Below, piece after piece: positions 15,547-22,287 of a DNA stretch of 32,000 nucleotides; position 1 is the stretch's first letter; each line of letters starts with the position of its first letter. Made by a program: the position numbers and the translations under genes. The DNA lies in the NCBI RefSeq assembly GCF_016806735.1, contig NZ_CP060530.1:780001-812000 (forward strand), written 5' to 3'. Below the pieces are notes generated by a model that made no database searches, was not told the origin of the DNA, and saw only the letters and a program-made list of their open reading frames with translations. The DNA is from Candidatus Micrarchaeum sp. GTDB lineage: Archaea > Micrarchaeota > Micrarchaeia > Micrarchaeales > Micrarchaeaceae.

Positions 15547-17013
15547 TTATTTTATGAGCTTTAGCTCCTTTAGCTTCTTTTCCAGCATCGAATGTTCGGC
15601 GCCAACGGTTACCTTTGACATGAGAGCAAGATACCTTGTAAGCCCTACCTCAGTTCCTTCGGGCGTTTCGCTCGGGCATATCTTGCCTATGTGTGTGCCG
15701 TGTACGTCCCTCGCTTTCAGGTGGGGGTGCTTCTTTGCCAGCGGAGACTTGACCCTGCGCAGGTGCGCCACGGAGCTCATGTAGTTGACTCTGTCGAGAA
15801 CCTGCGATACCCCGGTTTGCCCTGCTGGCCATGAGCCGGTGCTCATGGAATAAAGTATCTTTTCTGTAAGCGTATCTGGGTTTATGTTGGTCTTTACCGT
15901 AAGCCTGCGTCCTCTGGCGGTAGTCCTTTCGACGTGGTACTTTATGTCCTTTATGAACGCCTTGAAGGCAGTGTTGAAAAGCTCCTCCAAAAGGTCCCCG
16001 GCAAGCTTCACGCGCTTGTTGGCGTAGTGGTCCTTGTCGTCAGGCTTGACCGTGCCGTTCGCCACCATTGACGTGCGCGACGCCATCCTTATCAGATACG
16101 CCGCTTTTTCCTTCCTGACTTCCGGAGACGTGCCGAGATGCGGCAGTATGTATGTATCCAGCTGTGTCTCTGCTCTCTTTTCCTGATAGGCCATAGCCTG
16201 GTTTGGCGCCGTTATCCTGCCCAGCTCTATTATGGCATCTTTCGGCTGCATCTCCATGTAGTTCTTTCCTACTTCCATGTTCAGCATCAGGTCGTTGCGT
16301 GCAAAATTGTCCTCGGTAAGAGCCAGAACCGACTTCTGGTCCATTCCAAGCGACCTTAGTATGAGCGAAAGGCTTATGCCCTTGTTCAGCGTCGGGAACA
16401 GAACCGTGTACATGCCGTAGTCGTCTCTGGTTATGCTGCAGCGGGCCCTAAAGTTGACAGTGGTAGAGAAAACCTTGACCACTATGCCCACTTTCTCCTT
16501 TGTCGTTATCATCCTGTTGGGCGCAAGGTCCTCTATGCCTACGAGAACGCGCTCCGTGCCCTTTATTATGAAATAGCCTCCTGGGTCGTCCGGGTCCTCG
16601 CCCTCCTTCACGAGCTGCTGCTCAGTCATGTTCTTTGTGTAGCATAGGTTGCTCTTTACCATCACCGGGAGCTCGCCCACATAAGCCTCGCCCATTGCGT
16701 CGGCCTTCTCTATGCCGCTTATCACAGGCACGTAAGTGAGGTACATGGGAGCCGCATATGTGAGGTTCCTGGCCAATGCTTCGTTGGGGAGAATTCTCTT
16801 GGTGGAGCTGTCCGATTCTATTATTATGGGCTGCTCAAGCCTTATGCTCCCGAGCTTTATTGCGAAATTGGATACGTCAGGCTCTATGAGGCTCTGCGCC
16901 TCCACTATCTTGTTCAAGCCTGTAGTTATGAACCTGTTGTAGCTGTCTATCTGCTGCTGTGAGATAGAAGTAGTTTTCAGATATGATTCCATTACCTCGT
17001 GTGTTGCGCTCAT
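15547..17013 (-). CDS. rpoB2: DNA-directed RNA polymerase subunit B'' (N-terminal part of split Rpo2)
   Basis: 488 aa. QQIDSYNRFI..., GYFIIKGTERVLV, DKDHYANKRVKLAGDLL and HGTHIGKICPSETPEGTEVGL are conserved N-terminal Rpb2/beta motifs. The ORF ends where B' begins, with a 15-nt spacer. Confidence 0.95.
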   Translation of the reverse strand: MSATHEVMESYLKTTSISQQQIDSYNRFITTGLNKIVEAQSLIEPDVSNFAIKLGSIRLEQPIIIESDSSTKRILPNEALARNLTYAAPMYLTYVPVISGIEKADAMGEAYVGELPVMVKSNLCYTKNMTEQQLVKEGEDPDDPGGYFIIKGTERVLVGIEDLAPNRMITTKEKVGIVVKVFSTTVNFRARCSITRDDYGMYTVLFPTLNKGISLSLILRSLGMDQKSVLALTEDNFARNDLMLNMEVGKNYMEMQPKDAIIELGRITAPNQAMAYQEKRAETQLDTYILPHLGTSPEVRKEKAAYLIRMASRTSMVANGTVKPDDKDHYANKRVKLAGDLLEELFNTAFKAFIKDIKYHVERTTARGRRLTVKTNINPDTLTEKILYSMSTGSWPAGQTGVSQVLDRVNYMSSVAHLRRVKSPLAKKHPHLKARDVHGTHIGKICPSETPEGTEVGLTRYLALMSKVTVGAEHSMLEKKLKELKLIK

Positions 17014-17026
17014 TTTACCACTTAGG

Positions 17027-17047
17027 GCACGCCCTTTTGGGGCGGGC
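17027..17047 (-). other. Intercistronic GC-rich hairpin between rpoH and rpoB''
   Basis: On the minus strand this reads GCCCGCCC-caaaa-GGGCGTGC (7 of 8 pairs), within the 45-nt spacer. It is followed by an SD-like GTGGT and the rpoB'' ATG. Function unknown. Confidence 0.25.
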
Positions 17048-17058
17048 TTTTACAAACT

Positions 17059-17307
17059 TCAGACCTCCTTGGTCACGTAGCGGTAATAGATGTAGCTGCT
17101 GTTCGGGTCCTCGCGGTGTATCGCTATGAGGTCTCCCGGCTGTGCATTGAGCTTCTTCGCCTGAGGATCGGATATCGATATCTTAGGGAATTTATCGAGT
17201 GCGGTGCCGAATTTCTTTGCTACGGCTTTCGCCTCGCTTTCGCTCAACAGCTCATGTTTTACTAATAAGTCTTCTCCAAAAACCAATGGCTCACCAACAA
17301 GCAGCAC
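17059..17307 (-). CDS. rpoH: DNA-directed RNA polymerase subunit H (Rpo5)
   Basis: LVKHELLSESEAKAVAKKFG...KISISDPQAKKLNAQPGDLIAIHREDPNSSYIYYRYV matches RpoH. It is first in the canonical rpoH-B-A operon order. The GTG start fits a TATA-like element about 25 nt upstream. Confidence 0.85.
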   Translation of the reverse strand: MLLVGEPLVFGEDLLVKHELLSESEAKAVAKKFGTALDKFPKISISDPQAKKLNAQPGDLIAIHREDPNSSYIYYRYVTKEV

Positions 17308-17326
17308 TATACCTAGCTACGGGCAG

Positions 17327-17337
17327 TATTATATTTA
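17327..17337 (-). promoter_or_regulatory. TATA-like box for the rpoH operon
   Basis: The minus strand reads TAAATATAATA, centred about 25 nt upstream of the GTG at 17307. This would give a leaderless or near-leaderless transcript. Confidence 0.4.
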
Positions 17338-17514
17338 CACAGAAAGTAATAAATAGGTTACTAAAAAACCGCTGAGCATAGGCTCTAACCCATGGCATTT
17401 CACTTACCGTGCGTAGCGCCATGCTTTCATATTCCCTTAGCATGTTTATATACCTTTTTGTTGAAACCAATATGGCTGAATTTACTGAGCCAAAATCGTT
17501 TAGGATGATTTATA

Positions 17515-18435
17515 ATGGTGGATGCCAAAGCCCAGTTCGACGCGGTGCTTGCCGAGGTCAGGAAGAAGGTGGCAGGCAACGACGCAATAATAAAGCTCAT
17601 TTTCATAGCCATAGTGGCAAACGGCCACGTTCTCCTTGAGGGAGTCCCCGGAGTGGCAAAGACGACAATGTCAAAAGCCGTATGCGACGCAATACAGGCC
17701 GATTTCGGAAGGATTCAGGGAACGCCGGACCTGGAATTCAAGGACATAGTAGGATACGCATATCTGGATGACAAGACCAAAAACGTTGAGCTCAAGAAGG
17801 GGCCAATATTCACCAACATGCTGCTCATAGACGAGCTCAACAGGGCGCCGCCCAAGACAACCACGGCTTTGCTCGAGGCACTGGAAGAAAGGCAGGTAAC
17901 CCTTGGAAATGAGACCATGCCGTTGGAGAAGCCGTTCATAGCGCTCGCAACTCAGAACCCGCTTAACATAGAGGGCACTACAATGCTCCCGAAGGTTTTG
18001 GCCGACAGGTTCCTCATGCGCATAGCCGTCGATTACGCTTCGATAGAGGCAGAGCAGCAGATGCTCAGGATAAAGGAGTCTGAGGAAAACATAACCGTAA
18101 AAAGGGTAATGGGGATAGAAGACATACTTGAGCTGCAGAAGCTTGCCAAAGGCGTAAAGGTCCCCGACAACGTAATAAACTACATAACAAAAGTGGTCAA
18201 TGCTACCAGGAAGGACATACACGTAGTCATGGGCGGAAGCCCAAGGTCCGAGATAAGCTTCATGAGCTGCGGAAAGGCCAAAGCGCTTATAGAAGGAAGA
18301 AACGAGGTTTCGATAGACGACATAAAGTACCTTGCAAGGCCAGTTCTCAGCCATAGGATAGTGGTGAGGAGCAGCGGAGGAGTAGGAGTAAACGGAGTCA
18401 TAGACGGAATAATAGCCACTACGAAGCCCGACTGA
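17515..18435 (+). CDS. MoxR-family AAA+ ATPase
   Basis: Walker A GVPGVAKT, Walker B LLIDELNRAPPKTTTALLEALEERQVT, ATQNPLNIEGT and SPRSEISFM are typical of MoxR/RavA-like proteins. Confidence 0.9.
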   Translation: MVDAKAQFDAVLAEVRKKVAGNDAIIKLIFIAIVANGHVLLEGVPGVAKTTMSKAVCDAIQADFGRIQGTPDLEFKDIVGYAYLDDKTKNVELKKGPIFTNMLLIDELNRAPPKTTTALLEALEERQVTLGNETMPLEKPFIALATQNPLNIEGTTMLPKVLADRFLMRIAVDYASIEAEQQMLRIKESEENITVKRVMGIEDILELQKLAKGVKVPDNVINYITKVVNATRKDIHVVMGGSPRSEISFMSCGKAKALIEGRNEVSIDDIKYLARPVLSHRIVVRSSGGVGVNGVIDGIIATTKPD

Positions 18436-18515
18436 AAAGAAAAAGTTCGCGCTTATTTGCTAGTTGATCGCAAGAGTGTTTGCCGCATACGCAGGCACAG
18501 CGAAGGAAAGCGGCT

Positions 18516-19187
18516 TCACTTCTTCTTTCTGCCGAAAAGCTTGTCCTTTATAGTAAGCTTCTCCTCCTTTATTTCTATGCCGTACTCCTTTGCCAGCTCA
18601 GGATGTTCCTTTAGGTACTGCATTTGGAAGTTGTGGAATTTCTCCTCGTTCTTGAGCTTGTATTCTGCCTTCTTTTTCTCCCACTGCGGCTTCATCTTCT
18701 TCCATTCCTGTATGGTATAGCCGTATGGAGCGTGCTCCCTTATTGACGGGGAATTGAAAGCGTAGGAATAGAAATTTTTGTAATAATCGTAATCCTCGTT
18801 TACCATGTGGTCCCTGCTAACCTTGACCCCTTCGCTGTCCAGGAATTTTATTATCTCGTCTATGCTTATTTTCTCCTTCAGGTTGTCGGCATTTGGGGGA
18901 TTGTATATTATGGTTATATTGCCCCTTATGTAATGCACCCTGGCCTTGAGTATTGCGTCGTTGAGCATAAGCCTGTACTGCAGCCTTGCAGCGTGCTCCG
19001 GATCCTTGAAGTAAGCCTTGTCTACGTTGCTGAACACTACCTTGGCCACAATCCTGTACGGAACCCTGTAGAGGTTGCCGTTCTCCACTATGTACTGCTT
19101 TTTTATCTTCTCGTCGTCTATATTGGCGTTGTTTATGAGGTCCTGCTGATACTCGCTCATCTTTGGCTGCTTCTCTGACTTGTCCAT
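18516..19187 (-). CDS. Hypothetical protein: HMA-like (ferredoxin-fold) segment lacking CxxC, plus Lys-rich helical C-terminus
   Basis: 223-aa ORF. VVFSNVDKAYFKDPEHAARLQYRLMLNDAILKARVHYIRGNITIIYNPP...ISIDEIIKFLDSEGVKV has the beta-alpha-beta-beta-alpha-beta spacing of heavy-metal-associated domains, but without the metal-binding cysteines. The tail is KKMKPQWEKKKAEYKLKNEEK...LFGRKKK. Weak, by-eye call. Confidence 0.45.
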   Translation of the reverse strand: MDKSEKQPKMSEYQQDLINNANIDDEKIKKQYIVENGNLYRVPYRIVAKVVFSNVDKAYFKDPEHAARLQYRLMLNDAILKARVHYIRGNITIIYNPPNADNLKEKISIDEIIKFLDSEGVKVSRDHMVNEDYDYYKNFYSYAFNSPSIREHAPYGYTIQEWKKMKPQWEKKKAEYKLKNEEKFHNFQMQYLKEHPELAKEYGIEIKEEKLTIKDKLFGRKKK

Positions 19188-19219
19188 TGTGCTGCACCAT
19201 TTTTCATAAGGTTTTATAT

Positions 19220-19267
19220 GCCCGCATCATGAGCGGGCTGAAAACAAAAGATTAAACAAAAAAATAA
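19220..19267 (-). terminator. Oligo-T tracts plus hairpin downstream of the radical SAM gene
   Basis: After the stop, the minus strand reads TTATTTTTTTGTTTAATCTTTTGTTTT, then GCCCGC-tcatgat-GCGGGC (a perfect 6-bp stem). ATATAAAA follows, about 30 nt upstream of the next ATG. Confidence 0.45.
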
Positions 19268-19272
19268 GGCAT

Positions 19273-21162
19273 TCAGCTGAATGCCTCGTTTGCGAAGTTT
19301 GCTACTGGCTTGCCTCCGTTGACAGGCAGGGCGAAGTAGTCTATCATCTGCCCGTACGTCTTGCGGTACGCAGGAGTGGCTTCAAGCTGCTTTATGTTCC
19401 TGACATACTTGTCCTTTGAGTAGTTCCAGTCGCTGTGCGTCTGCTGCCATTCCTTCGAAGGTATGCTGTACTGCTTCTGCACCTTGTCCCTGTATACTTC
19501 AGGGAACACGTTGAACGTGCAGAAAGGCAGGACTTCTCCATCAGGCATCGCATAGTGTATGTCGCACTTTTCCACCCTGTGTATGTCGTAGGTGTACTCG
19601 TCCTGGAAGTGCATCATTCCGAGGAATATCGACTTCATCTGGAACTTGCCCATTGTGGCGAAATCGTGCTTCATGAGCACTGACATGAGCAGCTTAGAGA
19701 AGTTCACGCTCTTTGGCTGCTTGGATTTGTCAATGAACTTGTTGAAGCCAAGCAGTGCCTTGACGGCAATCATCTTGCGCTCCAGCTTGCTCTTGCCTTC
19801 CATTTCGTCCACGGTTCTCTGCAGGTGCTCGATAAGCCCTGCGGCATCGACGAATCTTGTTATAGGTATTATCTTGTTGTCGCTGTCCAGGAACACGTAT
19901 GTGCCCGCGCCGCATGCGAAGTGTATTGACATGTCGTACTTGTATTCCCCTGTCAAGGCTTCTATGAACTTGTTTATCCCGCCTATGTAAGGGACCGAGA
20001 ACCAGTCCTCTTTTGATACAACTCCGTTTGTCTGCTGCTCGATTAGCTTTATCGCTCCCGGTATCGAAATGCGCTGCTTCTCCCTCAGCCTTGAAGGCAT
20101 CCTTCCTACCAGCGAAACAGGCTGGAAGTTGACTGCCCTTATTATGTCTGAGTTGTTCAGTGCGAAGTTTATCATTGCTCCGAGCTCATGGTCGTTTACT
20201 GTCCTTATGACCGTTGGAACCAGCACTATGTTTATCCCTGCCTTTCTAGCAGCATCTAGCGTTGCAGGTATCTCCCAGTGGTTCTTAGGATTGGCCCTCT
20301 TGCTCACTCCGTCGTAGCTCATGTATAGCGTGCTCACTCCAGCGTGCCTAAGCTTAGGCCCGAGGTCCGGGTTCAGAGCAAGGTTTATGCCAGTTGTGTT
20401 GAGCTGTATCTGGTCGAAGCCGGCCTTCTTTGCCATCTGTATTATTTCCACTATGTGGGGGTGCATGGTAGGCTCTCCACCTGTTATCTGTATGGCGTTG
20501 GCCGGTATCGGCTTCTGGTTCCTCAAGTTGTTGAATATCTTTTCTATCTCCGGAAGGCTCGGCTCGTATATGGCCTCTCCCTCCTTGGCATAGAAGAAGC
20601 AGTACCAGCACGAAAGGTGGCACCTGTTAGTCACTACGACGTTTGCCAATCCAGTGTGTGATTTGTGCCTTTCGCACATTCCGCAGTCGAACGGGCAGTT
20701 TGCCCCTTTCGTTTCAGTTATGTAGTTTGGGTTGTCGAATCCCCTGCCGTAGTAATTGTACCTGCGCATCTTCATGTACATGTCATAGTCTTCCCAGTAT
20801 TTCTCTATGGTCCAGCCATGCTCAGGGCAGTTCTTCCTTATCATGACGTTGTCGCCGTCCTTGTATATTGTTCCGTCTATTATGAGCTTGCACTCAGGGC
20901 ATACTGTCTTTGTAGTTTCTATTACCGGCATCTTTTCTATTTCTTCTATTGTCCTATGATAAGGCGCCAGGATAGGGTCCACCTTTGCCTGCGCGTCAGT
21001 GCTGTCCGCAGTCTCTGGCCTCACGTTGTTTATGTTGGAGATAAGGTTCTGGTCCACAGTTTCTTCTTCCATGGTCTTCTCCAGATCCAGCTGCACAGAA
21101 ACTTCACTAGCGCTCTGTGCTGACATTTCTCCTATGTTATCGCCACTTCCCAATACGTCCAT
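19273..21162 (-). CDS. Radical SAM enzyme of the COG1964 / tetraether lipid synthase (Tes, GDGT-MAS) type
   Basis: 629 aa. It has a rubredoxin-like CPECK...CPEHG, a second cluster motif CPFDCGMCERHKSHT, and the radical SAM motif VTNRCHLSCWYC (CX3CX2C) followed by ITGGEPTMHP. This order and spacing match what I recall of MJ0619-type proteins. A ~85-aa acidic, low-complexity extension precedes the first motif. Confidence 0.6.
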   Translation of the reverse strand: MDVLGSGDNIGEMSAQSASEVSVQLDLEKTMEEETVDQNLISNINNVRPETADSTDAQAKVDPILAPYHRTIEEIEKMPVIETTKTVCPECKLIIDGTIYKDGDNVMIRKNCPEHGWTIEKYWEDYDMYMKMRRYNYYGRGFDNPNYITETKGANCPFDCGMCERHKSHTGLANVVVTNRCHLSCWYCFFYAKEGEAIYEPSLPEIEKIFNNLRNQKPIPANAIQITGGEPTMHPHIVEIIQMAKKAGFDQIQLNTTGINLALNPDLGPKLRHAGVSTLYMSYDGVSKRANPKNHWEIPATLDAARKAGINIVLVPTVIRTVNDHELGAMINFALNNSDIIRAVNFQPVSLVGRMPSRLREKQRISIPGAIKLIEQQTNGVVSKEDWFSVPYIGGINKFIEALTGEYKYDMSIHFACGAGTYVFLDSDNKIIPITRFVDAAGLIEHLQRTVDEMEGKSKLERKMIAVKALLGFNKFIDKSKQPKSVNFSKLLMSVLMKHDFATMGKFQMKSIFLGMMHFQDEYTYDIHRVEKCDIHYAMPDGEVLPFCTFNVFPEVYRDKVQKQYSIPSKEWQQTHSDWNYSKDKYVRNIKQLEATPAYRKTYGQMIDYFALPVNGGKPVANFANEAFS

Positions 21163-21177
21163 TCATTCACCTAAATC

Positions 21178-21190
21178 TATAGTTTTTAAG
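21178..21190 (-). promoter_or_regulatory. TATA-like box for the radical SAM gene
   Basis: The minus strand reads CTTAAAAACTATA, 16-28 nt upstream of the ATG at 21162 (leaderless-type spacing). Confidence 0.35.
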
Positions 21191-21363
21191 CGCACAAAAG
21201 CCTTTTAAAGGGTATCGCAACAAAACTTTACTTTTTTACAGATTTTGCAAGTTGCAACATACGCGCTTCTACAGAACCTTGATTTTGCCTTGGCCCTGGA
21301 ATTTTATGTATAAAAATTGGATTTTTTATATATTTAGGCTTTAACTTTTTACCCAGTAAAACG

Positions 21364-21381
21364 CCATTGTTTTGGCAATGG
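21364..21381 (-). terminator. Hairpin just downstream of the 21396 stop
   Basis: CCATTG-ttttgg-CAATGG, a perfect 6-bp stem about 15 nt after the stop codon. Confidence 0.25.
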
Positions 21382-21395
21382 GGCCTGCTCGTGTT

Positions 21396-22277
21396 TTATC
21401 CCGTAGCGTTTGGATGGTCCGCTATATAGCTCTCGAACGCGTTTATGGTTGCGTTTTCTACATTCTTAGTATAGGAGATAAGATTTAGCGCACCAACATC
21501 TGGACTGAAGCCGGCGCTGGTAGCCTTTATTATATAGTTGCCATACATGGCTTCGGCCATATACACGGTCATGTTTGGTTTTGGGCCGAGATAACTGCCG
21601 AACTGTTCAGTGGCATTTGCACTCATGTTTGAAATTCCGAAGAAGTACACAGTAATATTGTCATGGGTATATTTAGATTTCGAAACAGAGGATTCAGACA
21701 TTACCAAAGACATAGATGGCCTGCAAAAACCTCCGTTGGATTCGAACAAAGCGTTATAACCTGCTGCATTTGATGGATTTATGCCCTCCACGGCAGCGTA
21801 TTCCGCAATCGGCTGGGCCCTGTTCAATTTGGACAGATTATATGCAGTGGATATCATTGTCTGATTTTGCATATATCCGAGTATGCCTTCCAGGCCAGTG
21901 CAGTTTGCGTTTGTGGAATATGGCTTGAAAACGGTCCTGAATGAGTATTTGAGTGGCGAGCTGAAGCTATAGTTACTTATGAAGGCATTGGCAGCCAAAT
22001 AGGTAACCGGCTCAAAGATTTTACCGATTCTCGGACTTGTCGGAGTTGTTGAATTATTTGCCACAGATATAGTACTGATCGTTGATGTAGACGCATTATG
22101 CGGCACATAGGAATGCAATGTGATTATTATGCCTGCTAGTATAATTACGATTATTATGCCCAGCGCTATTGTTGATTTCCTGCCCCTTTTTATGGCAGTA
22201 TTATTGTAGTTATTGTTAGCGGGCTCTTGAGCAAGTATCGCACCTTTGGCGTCCTGTTCTGCATTTAATTCAGTCAT
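21396..22277 (-). CDS. Membrane-anchored extracellular protein rich in N-glycosylation sequons (hypothetical)
   Basis: I prefer the ATG at 22277 (MTELNAEQ...), 10 nt after the upstream TAG, over the track start at 22343, which overlaps the upstream gene. It has a cytoplasmic N-terminus, one TM (STIALGIIIVIILAGIIITL), then about 230 aa with at least 10 NxS/T sequons counted by eye. Confidence 0.55.
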   Translation of the reverse strand: MTELNAEQDAKGAILAQEPANNNYNNTAIKRGRKSTIALGIIIVIILAGIIITLHSYVPHNASTSTISTISVANNSTTPTSPRIGKIFEPVTYLAANAFISNYSFSSPLKYSFRTVFKPYSTNANCTGLEGILGYMQNQTMISTAYNLSKLNRAQPIAEYAAVEGINPSNAAGYNALFESNGGFCRPSMSLVMSESSVSKSKYTHDNITVYFFGISNMSANATEQFGSYLGPKPNMTVYMAEAMYGNYIIKATSAGFSPDVGALNLISYTKNVENATINAFESYIADHPNATG

Positions 22278-22287
22278 GATATCATGC

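Noticed and set aside
10078-17013. I checked the RNA polymerase large subunits and top6B (25417-27060) for inteins or large insertions.
   Set aside because: The lengths (847, 360, 607, 488 and 547 aa) are normal for archaeal homologues, and the conserved motifs are contiguous. No intein-like blocks were seen.
17409-17639. A 76-aa plus-strand ORF (with an internal ATG at 17472, about 20-27 nt downstream of a TTTATATA element) overlapping the MoxR start in another frame. It could be a leaderless upstream ORF or a sign of a frameshifted MoxR N-terminus.
   Set aside because: The MoxR ORF from 17515 already has a normal-length N-terminus before the GHVLLEGVPGVAKT motif. The alternative product is Arg/Gly-rich with no features. 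The TATA element more likely drives a MoxR mRNA with a ~40-nt leader that contains an AGGATGA SD-like site.
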